A stretch of 64,000 nt of DNA from Holophagales bacterium (lineage in GTDB: Bacteria > Acidobacteriota > Thermoanaerobaculia > UBA5066), in contig JADJVF010000011.1 of NCBI GenBank assembly GCA_016716705.1, positions 18,687-82,686 on the forward strand, read 5' to 3'. The translations under genes and the position numbers were made by a program. The notes below the pieces were generated by a model that saw only the letters and a program-made list of their open reading frames with translations, was not told the origin of the DNA and did no database searches. Of this stretch, positions 9,026 to 19,316 are shown one piece after another. Every line of letters begins with the position of its first letter. Positions within the stretch are counted from its first letter, which is position 1.

Positions 9026-10384
9026 TCAGAAACCCTTCAGGACGTCGAGGAACCGGTCGAGGTCCTCGCGGCGGATCCGCTCGGTCGTGGCGACGAGGAG
9101 GAGGTCCTCGTGCTCGCCCGACCCGGGGGCGAGGCGGGCGAACGGCACGCCGCCGAGGATCTGCGCCTTCTCGAGGGCGGAGAGGACCTCGTCGACGGGA
9201 GGACCGCACCGGAGGGCGAACTCGTTGAACGTCGCCCCGGGGAAGGCGACGGCGAACTTCCCGTTCCCCAGCTTTCCGATCCCCGCCTTCAGGTACTCGG
9301 ACTTCGAGAGGCAGAGGAGGGCCGTCTCGCGCAGGCCGTGCTTTCCGAGGGCGGTGAGGGTCATCGTCGCCGCGAGGGCGAAGAGCCCCTGGTTCGTGCA
9401 GATGTTCGAGGTCGCCTTCTCGCGCCGGATGTGCTGCTCGCGCGTGGAGAGGGTCAGCGCGAAGACGGGGCCTTCCGGGGTCTCGAGCCGGCCGGCGAGG
9501 CGCCCCGGGATCTGCCGCTTGAAGCCGTCGCGGCAGGCGAGGAAGCCGACGAGCGGGCCGCCGAAGGATGCGGGGAGGCCGAAGGAGGCCGCCTCGCCGC
9601 AGGCGATGTCGATCCCCGCCGCGCCCGGCGGCTTCAGGAGGGCCAGCGAGAACATCTCGTTGACGACGCCGATGGCGAGGGCCCCCTTCGCGTGCGCCGC
9701 CTCGGCCGCGACGGACCAGTCCTCGACGAGGCCGAAGACGTTCGGCGACTGGACGGCGACGGCGATCGTCTCGTCGTCGACGGCCGCCGCGAGGGCCGCA
9801 GGGTTCGTCACGCCATCCTCGCCGGCCGGAACCTCGACGATCTCGAGCCCCAGGTTCGCGAGGTAGGTGCGAAGCGTCGTGAGGTACTCGGGGTGGATCG
9901 TCTTCGAGACGACGATCCTGGTCCGCTTCTTCGTCAGCCGTTCGGCCATCAGGACCGCCTCGACGAGGGCCGAGGCCCCCTCGTAGACCGAGGCGTTGGC
10001 GACGTCCATCCCGGTCAGGAGCGCCACGTGCGACTGGAACTCCCAGATCGCCGTGAGCGTCCCCTGCGAGACCTCGGGCTGGTAGGGCGTGTAGGACGTC
10101 AGGAACTCGCCGCGCAGGAGGAGCTGCGAGACGAACGCCGGCGAGTGGTGGGCGTAGAGGCCGGCGCCGAGGAAGGATGCGAAGCAGGTGGCGGCGGCGT
10201 TCTTCGCGGCCATCGCGCCCAGCTCGCGCCTCAGCTCGATCTCCGACATCGGCGGGGCGAGAGGGGGCGGATCCTTCCGGAAGACCTCGCGCGGGACGGT
10301 GGCGAAAAGGTCGTCGACGGAGGCGACGCCGACCTCGCGAAGGAGGGCCGCCTGCTCGGCGGGGCTGCTGGGGATATAGCGCAT
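9026..10384 (-). CDS. gcvPA: glycine dehydrogenase (decarboxylating) subunit 1
   Basis: 452 aa with a GcvPA-type sequence (…YTPYQPEVSQGTL…). Sits 10 nt upstream of gcvPB. Confidence 0.9.
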   Translation of the reverse strand: MRYIPSSPAEQAALLREVGVASVDDLFATVPREVFRKDPPPLAPPMSEIELRRELGAMAAKNAAATCFASFLGAGLYAHHSPAFVSQLLLRGEFLTSYTPYQPEVSQGTLTAIWEFQSHVALLTGMDVANASVYEGASALVEAVLMAERLTKKRTRIVVSKTIHPEYLTTLRTYLANLGLEIVEVPAGEDGVTNPAALAAAVDDETIAVAVQSPNVFGLVEDWSVAAEAAHAKGALAIGVVNEMFSLALLKPPGAAGIDIACGEAASFGLPASFGGPLVGFLACRDGFKRQIPGRLAGRLETPEGPVFALTLSTREQHIRREKATSNICTNQGLFALAATMTLTALGKHGLRETALLCLSKSEYLKAGIGKLGNGKFAVAFPGATFNEFALRCGPPVDEVLSALEKAQILGGVPFARLAPGSGEHEDLLLVATTERIRREDLDRFLDVLKGF

Positions 10385-10466
10385 GCGGGATCTCCCGGGC
10401 GTCCGCGCGGACGCGCGGGCCCCTCGTCTTTAGCTCTCTACGCCGCGATCCGGGGGCGGATGGGGG

Positions 10467-10862
10467 TCAGGCCTTCGCCTCTTCCTCGACGAACTTCTCG
10501 TACGCGGCCGCGTTCATCAGGCCGTCGAGGGCGCCGTCGGAGCTGACCTTCACCTGAACGAGCCAGCCGTCGCCGTGCGGGTCCTCGTTGACGGCGTTCG
10601 GCTCGTCGACGAGGGTCTTGTTCACTTCGACGATCTCGCCCGCGACGGGAAGGAAGAGCTCCGAGACGGCCTTGACCGACTCGATCGTGCCGAACTCCTG
10701 GCCCTCGTCGAAGATCTCGCCGAGGTCCGGCAGCTCGACGAAGACGACGTCTCCGAGCTCCTTCTGGGCGTGGTCGGTGATGCCGATCGTCGCGGTCTCG
10801 CCCTCCACGCGGATCCACTCGTGGCTCTTCGAGTAGAGGCGGTCGTCGGGATAGCTGCTCAT
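10467..10862 (-). CDS. gcvH: glycine cleavage system H protein (lipoyl carrier)
   Basis: 131 aa MSSYPDDRLYSKSHEWIRVEG…; the lipoyl-lysine motif ESVKAVSEL is present. Confidence 0.9.
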   Translation of the reverse strand: MSSYPDDRLYSKSHEWIRVEGETATIGITDHAQKELGDVVFVELPDLGEIFDEGQEFGTIESVKAVSELFLPVAGEIVEVNKTLVDEPNAVNEDPHGDGWLVQVKVSSDGALDGLMNAAAYEKFVEEEAKA

Positions 10863-10888
10863 GGCTTTCGACTCCTGGCGAAGACGTC

Positions 10889-12004
<1,116 letters not shown>

Positions 12005-12097
12005 AGGCCCGGCCGGGCACGATACGGCTGCCGCGGGAGGTCGTCAACCGCGGGAAGGGCCGGCGAGGCAAAACCTCGATAGACTCTCTTCCGCCCC

Positions 12098-13027
12098 ATG
12101 ACCGACACCTCCTCCCGCGACGTCTCCGTCCTCTCGGAAGGGCGGCTCCTCATTCCGCTCGACGCGGACTCTCCGATGACGGACGGGTCCGACGACGTCT
12201 ACCTCCTCGCCGAGGGGGAAGTCGTCGCGAACGTCCTCACCCCTTTCGGCCCTCACCCCGTCGGCACACCGCGGGCCCCGTCGTTTCTCTCGCTCCACGG
12301 CGCCCTCACGGGGGCCTACGATCTCTGTCGCTACGACCCTCGCTCCGGGGCCGGCATGTACGTCTTCTCGGGGACCGAGGCCCGTCAGCACCTCTTCGAC
12401 CCGTCGCCCCTCGGGGCCTCATTCCGGCGCCTCGCGCTGGCGAGCGTGACGACGGCCCTGCGCGAGGTCAACGCCTCGCTCGTCCGGTTCTTCGACGACG
12501 TCGTGCCGGACCCGGGCTGGAAGCCGAGGCCCGCGTCCCCGGCAGCCGAATCGCCCGCGGGCTCCCCGGCCGATCCGCGGCGCGTGCAGGACCTCTTCGA
12601 CGCCGCCGGCCTCGATCCGACGACCCTCCCCGACCTCGGCCTGACCGAGCGGCGGATTTCCGCCGGCAGCCGTCTCCTCGCGGCGGGCGATACGGGAGAA
12701 GAGGCCTACGTCGTCGCCGAAGGCCGGTTGCGCGTCTCCGTGAGGATCCCCGGCGTCGGCGAGGAGGCTCTCGCGTTCCTCGGCCCGGGCGAGGTCGTCG
12801 GCGAGATGGCCCTCGTGGACGATTCCCCGCGCTCGGCCGACGTCGTGGCCCAGGACGGGCCGGTCACCGTCTTCGCCCTGCCGCGGGAAGTGTTCCGACG
12901 ACTCCTGACCGATGGAACGCCGGAAGGGGCGCCCCTTCTCGGCGGCATCGTCGTCGCCCTCGTCCGCCGGTTCGAGGAGTCGGTCCGCAAGGCGGCCACG
13001 TTCCGGGTCCTCGCCGGCCCCTTCTAG
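12098..13027 (+). CDS. cyclic-nucleotide-binding domain protein
   Basis: ATG at 12098. The C-terminal third carries a cNMP-binding fold (…LAAGDTGEEAYVVAEGRLRVSV…FLGPGEVVGEMALVDDSPRSADVVAQ). Divergent from gcvT, with only a 93-nt shared intergenic region. Confidence 0.6.
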   Translation: MTDTSSRDVSVLSEGRLLIPLDADSPMTDGSDDVYLLAEGEVVANVLTPFGPHPVGTPRAPSFLSLHGALTGAYDLCRYDPRSGAGMYVFSGTEARQHLFDPSPLGASFRRLALASVTTALREVNASLVRFFDDVVPDPGWKPRPASPAAESPAGSPADPRRVQDLFDAAGLDPTTLPDLGLTERRISAGSRLLAAGDTGEEAYVVAEGRLRVSVRIPGVGEEALAFLGPGEVVGEMALVDDSPRSADVVAQDGPVTVFALPREVFRRLLTDGTPEGAPLLGGIVVALVRRFEESVRKAATFRVLAGPF

Positions 13028-13034
13028 GCGGGAT

Positions 13035-15040
13035 TCAGGGCTTCCGGAGCTTCTCCCGTACGATGGCCCGTTCCTTTCCCGTAGAGGGGGAGACGAGGAC
13101 GCGGACCGTCCGGGGCAGGTAGCCGGGCGCCGTCAGGACGACGTCGTAGACCCTCTGTTCCCTGAACTGCATGTCCTGCGCCTGGAACCGCGACGCGGGG
13201 CCCATGTCGTTCCCGTCCACGAACACGGTCGCGGAGGGGGGCTCCACTTCGACCCGGACGAGGCCGACGGTCTGGTAGTCGGGTCGCGAGATCTTTCCGC
13301 CGGGGCCGGTCGGTCCGTCGGGCGACCCCTTCTCGAGCGAGCGATCGATCTCGACGCGGTCTTCCCCGACGCTCGCCGCGACGACGACGTCGACGTTCAT
13401 GTCCTTGCGGCCGGGGTAGGTCAGCCGGATTCGCTGCCGCCCGTCGGACGTGAAGGTCAGCAGGGATCCGCCTCCGGCGTCGTCCCAGTCGTCCGCAATC
13501 CCGACATAGCGGCCGTTGATGAAGACGCGGGCCTGGGAGGGCGACACGTTCATCTTCACGGACCGGCGGGTGATGTAGGTCTTGTCCGCGGGGATGACCG
13601 GTTGAGGCGTCGGTGTGACCGTGGGCGGCGTCGTCGGCACGGGAGTGGCGGTGTCCGTCGGCTTCGGTCGGGGCGTGCGGGTCGGCACGGGGGTTCGGCC
13701 GCCGGGCGGAGCAATCCCAGCTGTGGCCGGGGTCGCCGTGGGCTCCGGAACGGGGGTCGTTCCCGGCGCGATCGGGGGCGTGACGGGAGCCGTCCCGGGG
13801 TCGGAGCGAGATCCGCACCGGCCTCGGGAGTCGCGGTGGCCGTGGGAACGGGAGCGACCGCGGGGGGAGGGCCGCCCCGCCCGAAGAGGCCCTGTGAGCG
13901 GAGGAAGAAGAAGCCGCCGACGACGATCCCCGCCAGGACGAGCCCTCCGGCGGCCGCCCCGGCCATCGCCGCAGGGCTGTGCTGCGAAGAGGTCGTCGAG
14001 GTCCTCCCGCCGGTCCTCGTCATTCGCCGCGACCCGGAGACGTCGGTCGGAGGTCCGCCGGATGCCGAGACCTGAGTGCCGGTGAGCGCGCGAGGGGACG
14101 TCCCCGCCGGCATCTGCATCGTCGGGGGGGCCGCCACCGCCGCCACCGCGGCCTGCTTTCGCGCCCGGCCGACCTTGCTCTCGGTGAGCCCCGACGTCGA
14201 GACGAGAGGGACGATCCCGATGACGGCCCGGAGGTCGTCGGCCAGCTCCGCTGCGTCTCCGTAGCGCTGCTCGCGGTCCTTGGCGAGGCACTTCAGGGCG
14301 ATCTCGGTGATCTCGGGAGGGAGCTCGCCGTTGTGCACGAGCGGGTCGTCGGGCTCGTTGTTGAGGATCTGGTAGACGAGCGTCGTCAGCGTGTCGGCCG
14401 GGAAGGGCTTCTTCAGCGTCAGCGTCTGGTAGAGGACGACGCCGAGCGAGAAGATGTCGCTCCTCACGTCGAGCTTGTCGCCCCGGATCTGCTCGGGGGA
14501 CATGTAGGCCGGCGAGCCGACCATCTGCCCGGTCGACGTCAGGTCGGTGTCCCCCGTCAGGAGCTTCCCGATTCCGAAGTCGGTCACCTTGGCGACGGAG
14601 GCCTCGGTGAGGAGGATGTTCGCCGGCTTGACGTCGCGGTGGATGACGCCGCGCTGGTGGGCGTGGGCGAGCGCGTCGGCCACCTCGGAGAGGATCCGGA
14701 TCCGCTCGGGAATCGGGAAATCGAGGCCGTCGGTCAGGCGCTGGTTGAGAGCCCCTCCCGAGATGTACTCCATCGCGAGGTAGAGCACGCCCTCGTCCTC
14801 GCCGACGTCGAAGACCGTGACGATGTTCGGGTGCTGCAGCCGCCCCGAGATCTTCGCTTCCTTCAGGAAGCGGGCCTTGGCCTCGGAGACGCTGAAGCTC
14901 TGCGACGGCCCGTCGAACCGGACGGTCTTCAAGGCGAGAGTCCGTTCGATCTGTGGATCGCGCGCGAGGTAGACGACACCCATCGCCCCCTTCCCGAGGG
15001 GGCGCAGGATCTCGTAGCGACCGATCCGGGCTGGATTCAC
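13035..15040 (-). CDS. Hanks-type Ser/Thr protein kinase with TM segment, Pro/Thr/Ala linker and two C-terminal PEGA domains; apparent frameshift near 13780-13808
   Basis: Kinase subdomains (GKGAMGVVY…HRDVKPANILL…DFGIGK…SPAYMSPEQ) in frame 13556-15040. TM helix GGLVLAGIVVGGFFFL. The PEGA-like repeats (KMNVSPSQARVFINGRYVG; RVEVEPPSATVFVDGNDMGP) continue in the +1 frame (13035-14291). The junction is at a C4/G3 homopolymer. Confidence 0.7.
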
Positions 15041-15059
15041 GCCGATTCTGGAATTCTAG

Positions 15060-15392
15060 TCAGTTCGACCCGTTCTCGGTCGGGTCGATCTCGGCGGGGC
15101 CTTCGTCGGTCATGAGGGTCGCCTCCCCCTCGGTGGCCGAGGCGAAGTCATCGTCGCGCTTCTCGAGGCTGGCCGACGCCTCCTCGAAGCGATCCGAAGG
15201 GACCGCGACCTCGATGGCGGCGAGGTCCTCGTCGGCCGGGACGGGGTTCTGCGAGAAGCTCTTGTCGACGAGGCGCGTGGGGATGCCGCGGCTCTCGAGG
15301 AACCCGACGATGAAACTGGCCTCGGACTCCGTCCCGACGGACGCGACCCCGCTCCAGTCCTGCCCGGTGGTTTCCTTCTGCTCGTCGCTCAT
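15060..15392 (-). CDS. DUF2007-like small acidic protein (putative signal-transduction protein)
   Basis: 110 aa. SEASFIVGFLESRGIPTRL…AIEVAVP…FEEA matches the DUF2007 pattern. Confidence 0.4.
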   Translation of the reverse strand: MSDEQKETTGQDWSGVASVGTESEASFIVGFLESRGIPTRLVDKSFSQNPVPADEDLAAIEVAVPSDRFEEASASLEKRDDDFASATEGEATLMTDEGPAEIDPTENGSN

Positions 15393-15551
15393 GGCTCACC
15401 TCGTTCCGCGGAACCGGCCCGCGCCGTGCGTCTGGAGCTGACCGGCTGCCGCGGCTCCAGTATCACCCCTTCCGGGCGGGTCCGAACGCAAAGTTCCGGT
15501 GCGCTCACGGGCCCGGACCCCTCCGGGTCAGGGCTGCAGGCGCACCGCCCG

Positions 15552-15836
15552 TCAGAAGTCCGTCGACTCGAACGCCCGGGAGAGCTGCCTCATCACCGCG
15601 TTCGTCGCCAGCCCGGCGGCGGCCGCGGCGATCGCCTTCCCGCGGTGCCGGCCGATCCAGAACCCGAGGGCGGCGGCGCCGAGCAGGCACGGGACGGGGT
15701 ACTTCCGGACGACGTCGAGGGCGACGTTCTGGAGCTCGAGCCCCCGCTCGAACGCGAACGGCGCCTCGGCCCCCCCGACGGGGCCGTCCGGCGACGCCCC
15801 GTGCGGGGCGGGCGGGCGGATCGTCGGCTCCGACAT
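15552..15836 (-). CDS. small membrane protein (YqjE/DUF1469-like?)
   Basis: 95 aa MSEPTIRPP… with one hydrophobic segment, YPVPCLLGAAALGFWIG. Its ATG (15834-15836 RC) overlaps the upstream stop in an ATGA arrangement. Confidence 0.35.
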   Translation of the reverse strand: MSEPTIRPPAPHGASPDGPVGGAEAPFAFERGLELQNVALDVVRKYPVPCLLGAAALGFWIGRHRGKAIAAAAAGLATNAVMRQLSRAFESTDF

Positions 15837-16114
15837 CAGTCGTCGCTCCGCCGGCGCAGAAGGAGCCCGAGCGCGAAGCCGACGCCGAGGGCGATCGCGA
15901 GCGACTTGCCGGGGTTCTGCCGCACGTAGTCGGTCGCCTTGTCGGTGACCTCGTCCCAGTCCGTGTCGCGGATCTTGTCGCGCAGGGCGCCCGCGCGGCT
16001 CTTCACCCCGTCCGCGACCTCGCCGATCTTCTCCTTGACGCGTCCGCCAAAGCCCTCGCGGGCGGCGTCGATCTTCTCGTCGACCATCTTCGCGGCGTCG
16101 ATCGTTTCGGCCAT
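15836..16114 (-). CDS. DUF883/ElaB/YqjD-family membrane-anchored protein
   Basis: 92 aa with an N-terminal coiled-coil region and a C-terminal anchor, NPGKSLAIALGVGFALGLLLRRR, characteristic of ElaB/YqjD. Confidence 0.55.
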   Translation of the reverse strand: MAETIDAAKMVDEKIDAAREGFGGRVKEKIGEVADGVKSRAGALRDKIRDTDWDEVTDKATDYVRQNPGKSLAIALGVGFALGLLLRRRSDD

Positions 16115-16220
16115 ATGGACCTCCCTTACCAGTAGTCGGAGCTGAATCTTCGCACGGCGGGCAGGCCCCTTCCATCGCGAACGGACGCCCCGGGGCTACG
16201 ATGGAGGGAGGAGGACCCCG

Positions 16221-17609
16221 ATGAAGATCGGCTTTCACGGCGCGGCCCGGACGGTGACCGGCTCGAAGTACCTCCTCACCCTCGACCACTACCGCCTCCT
16301 CGTCGACTGCGGCCTCTTCCAGGGCGGCTTCGAGATGCACCAGCGGAACTGGAGGCCGCTCGCCTTCAGCCCCGCCTCCGTGGACGACGTCCTCTTCACC
16401 CACGCGCACATCGACCACACCGGCTACTTTCCCCGCCTGGCCGCCGACGGCTTCACGGGGCGGGCTCTCGCGACCCCTCCGACGAAAGCCCTCCTCGGGG
16501 TACTTCTCCCCGATTCCGGCGGGCTCCAGGAAGAAGAGGCCCGGTTCGCCAACAAGAAGGGCTTCTCCCGGCACCAGCCTGCGAAGCCCCTCTACACCGA
16601 GGACGACGCGAACCGGTCGCTTCAGCTCCTCCATCGCATGGAGTTCGACCAGGAGACGACGCTCCACAAGGGGCTGAAGGTCAAGCTCCACCGGGCGGGG
16701 CACATCCTGGGGGCCTCCTTCGCCGAGATCCGCTACCGCGACCCGGAGGACGACTGGAAGACCGTCGTCTTCTCCGGCGACCTGGGGCGCCGGGCCGTCC
16801 CGATCCTCCACGACCCCGCCCCGCTCCCCGCCTGCGACGTTCTCGTCTGCGAATCGACGTACGGCGACCGGCTCCACGAGGCGACCGACCCGAAGGAACA
16901 GCTCCGGCGGGAGCTCTCCGACTCCTTCCGGCGCGGCGGCTTCACCGTCATCCCCGCCTTCGCCGTCGGGCGGACGCAGGAGATCCTCTACCACCTCTTC
17001 GAGCTCTTCGAGGAGGGGCGCCTCCCGAAGGTCCCGGTCTACGTCGACTCGCCGATGGCCAACTCCGTCGTCGAGCTCTACTGCCGCTACCGCTCCGAGC
17101 ACGACGTCGAGATGCAGGAGCTGGAGGACAACGTCGGCTCTCCGCTTCAGACGCCCTACTTCACGGTCGTGAGAAAGCGGGACGAGTCGAAGAAGCTGAA
17201 CGACCTCCCCGGACCCGGCATCGTCATCTCCGCCTCGGGCATGGCCACGGGCGGGCGCGTCCTGCACCACCTCCTCCACCGCCTGCCCGACGCGCGGAAC
17301 ACCGTCCTCTTCGTCGGGTACCAGGCCGAGGGGTCGCTCGGGCGGCGCCTCCTGGAAGGGGAGACCGACGTGACGGTCCTCGGCGAGGGTCTCACCGTGA
17401 AGGCGGCGATCAAGAAGATCCCGGCCCTCTCGGCGCACGCCGACGCCAACGAGATCATCGCGTGGATAAAGTCCGCGCCGACGCCGCCGAAGCGCGTCTA
17501 CCTGACCCACGGCGAGCCGGCCGCGCAGGACACCTTCGCCGCCCGCCTCCGGTCGGAGCTCGGCCTTCTCGTCCACGTCCCCGAGCCCGACGACGTCGTG
17601 GAGGTCTGA
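16221..17609 (+). CDS. MBL-fold beta-CASP ribonuclease (RNA-metabolising metallo-beta-lactamase)
   Basis: ATG at 16221 with GGAGGGAGGAGG just upstream. Metallo-beta-lactamase motif HAHIDHTG, then beta-CASP motifs. Confidence 0.8.
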   Translation: MKIGFHGAARTVTGSKYLLTLDHYRLLVDCGLFQGGFEMHQRNWRPLAFSPASVDDVLFTHAHIDHTGYFPRLAADGFTGRALATPPTKALLGVLLPDSGGLQEEEARFANKKGFSRHQPAKPLYTEDDANRSLQLLHRMEFDQETTLHKGLKVKLHRAGHILGASFAEIRYRDPEDDWKTVVFSGDLGRRAVPILHDPAPLPACDVLVCESTYGDRLHEATDPKEQLRRELSDSFRRGGFTVIPAFAVGRTQEILYHLFELFEEGRLPKVPVYVDSPMANSVVELYCRYRSEHDVEMQELEDNVGSPLQTPYFTVVRKRDESKKLNDLPGPGIVISASGMATGGRVLHHLLHRLPDARNTVLFVGYQAEGSLGRRLLEGETDVTVLGEGLTVKAAIKKIPALSAHADANEIIAWIKSAPTPPKRVYLTHGEPAAQDTFAARLRSELGLLVHVPEPDDVVEV

Positions 17610-17691
17610 CCTGGGCCGCGGGACCGGGGCCTTCCCCGTCCGCGCCCCCGAGCTGAAGGGGATCGGGCGGGCGATCGCGCTCGCCTGGGTC

Positions 17692-19068
17692 GTGCTTCGC
17701 AGGAGCGTGAAGTCGTTCCTCGACGGACGCGGCGTGGGGCTCGCCGCCGGCCTCGCCTACTCGTCGCTCCTCTCGTTCATCCCGCTCGTCGTCGCGGTCA
17801 CGGTCCTCACCTCGACCTTCTTCGGCGAGCGGGGGACGGGCTTCTTCAGGCTCCTCCGCTTCTTCGTACCCGGCACCTCGCGCGAGGTCCTCAGGGGCGT
17901 GGAGGCGCTCGTCGACGAGGCCCAGGCGGCCTCCTGGGTGGCGACCGCGCTCCTCGTCCTCACGTCGCTGCGCGTCTACTTCGACGTCGAAGGGGCCGCG
18001 AACCACCTCTGGGGAACCCTCCGGCCGAGGCGGGTGAGCCAGCGGTTCGCCCTCGCCGTCCTCGTCGTCGTCTTCGGGCCGGTGGCCCTCGGGGTCGCGA
18101 CCTCGTTTCTCCTCGAAGCGGGCGTCCCCCTGACGCAGCTCCACCTGCGCGGTCTCTTCGCGTCGATCTTCGCCCTGACCCTGATCTACAAGGTCGTCCC
18201 GTCGGCCCAGGTCCGCTGGGGCGCGGCCGCAGCGGCCGGTGTCCTCGCGGGCGCAGGGCTGACCGGACTGAGGCAGCTCTTCACCCTCGGGTTCGTCGCC
18301 GCCGCCGGCGCCGCGAAGGTCTACGGCACGATCAGCGCCATCGCCGTCTTCGTGACGGCCACCGGCTTCGCCTGGACGATCCTCCTCTTCGGCTTCTCGT
18401 TCGCGCACGCCGTCCAGTTCCGCGACGAGCTCCTCGCCCACGACGCCCCGCCGCCCGCGGCGAAGAAGCCGGGGGCGCTCGAGGAGGCGGTGCAGCTCCT
18501 CCTCCGCCTCACCGAGGCGTGGCACGCGGGCGTCTCCCTGGACATCCCTTCTCTGGCCCAGGCCTGCGGCCGCGCCGCCGACGACCTCAGGTCCCGTCTC
18601 AAGCGCCTCGGCACCGCCGGGCTCGTGGACGTGACGGGCGAGAGCGTCCGCCTGGCGCGTCCTCCCGACACGATCACCCTTTACGCCGTGGCCCGCGCCG
18701 TCGGCGAAGCGGCGCCGCGTGCGGTCCCCACGGGTTCCGAGCCGGCCGCAGCGATCCTCCGCGCCCTCTACATGCGCGCCGACGCCGAAGAGCGGGGCGT
18801 CCTGCAGGGAACCAGCCTCGAGGACGTCTATCGCCCGCACGCCCGCCGTCGATCCGAAAGCGAAGATGCCAGCGACCTTCGTCTCGGTCCGTCCGAGGCG
18901 GCGCAGGTCCGGCGAGGGACCGGGCACGGGGCGGGGCACGGCTCCGGGGTTCACCCCGTCAGCCCCGCGAGTCCCGAGAACGGAACAGCTCTCTGTACGG
19001 ATGACGGTGGCGACGGGAAGCCGGTGGACGGCTCCACTCCGAACGGCTCCCCAAACGGCTCCGATTGA
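17692..19068 (+). CDS. YihY/BrkB family inner-membrane protein
   Basis: GTG at 17692. N-terminal GLAYSSLLSFIPLVVA and six or more TM segments typical of YihY/BrkB, plus a long hydrophilic C-terminal tail. Confidence 0.7.
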   Translation: MLRRSVKSFLDGRGVGLAAGLAYSSLLSFIPLVVAVTVLTSTFFGERGTGFFRLLRFFVPGTSREVLRGVEALVDEAQAASWVATALLVLTSLRVYFDVEGAANHLWGTLRPRRVSQRFALAVLVVVFGPVALGVATSFLLEAGVPLTQLHLRGLFASIFALTLIYKVVPSAQVRWGAAAAAGVLAGAGLTGLRQLFTLGFVAAAGAAKVYGTISAIAVFVTATGFAWTILLFGFSFAHAVQFRDELLAHDAPPPAAKKPGALEEAVQLLLRLTEAWHAGVSLDIPSLAQACGRAADDLRSRLKRLGTAGLVDVTGESVRLARPPDTITLYAVARAVGEAAPRAVPTGSEPAAAILRALYMRADAEERGVLQGTSLEDVYRPHARRRSESEDASDLRLGPSEAAQVRRGTGHGAGHGSGVHPVSPASPENGTALCTDDGGDGKPVDGSTPNGSPNGSD

Positions 19069-19108
19069 CGAATCCACCCGTACCGGCTAGATTCTCCGCC
19101 CCCACGGT

Positions 19109-19184
19109 GGGGCTGTAGCTCAGCTGGGAGAGCGCTAGAATCGCACTCTAGAGGTCGGGAGTTCGATCCTCCTCAGCTCCACCA
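19109..19184 (+). tRNA. tRNA-Ala (anticodon CGC)
   Basis: 76 nt GGGGCTGTAGCTCAGCTGGGAGAGCGCTAGAATCGCACTCTAGAGGTCGGGAGTTCGATCCTCCTCAGCTCCACCA. The cloverleaf folds. The G3:U70 Ala identity pair is present. Anticodon loop AT-CGC-AC. CCA is encoded. Confidence 0.9.
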
Positions 19185-19202
19185 TTTATTTCGAAGAGCA
19201 CA

Positions 19203-19233
19203 GGCCGCGGGTCTCCCCCCGCGGCTGTTTCGT
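19203..19233 (+). terminator. rho-independent terminator after tRNA-Ala
   Basis: Stem gccgcggg / cccgcggc, loop tctcc, then TGTTTCGTT. Confidence 0.6.
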
Positions 19234-19316
19234 TCAGGGCCTGAGGTTGCGAGGTCGGAATCCCTCCCGCCCGGGCGGGCCGGAGGACCGGCCCGCCTTC
19301 GGCGCGAGGGCGGTTT

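Noticed and set aside
12005-12097. Glycine riboswitch upstream of the gcvT operon
   Set aside because: The leader is only 93 nt and is shared with a divergent gene. On the gcvT-sense strand it reads GGGGCGGAAGAGAGUCUAUCGAGGUUUUGCCUCGCC… and lacks the conserved GGAGAG…ACCGAAGG…CUC aptamer blocks.
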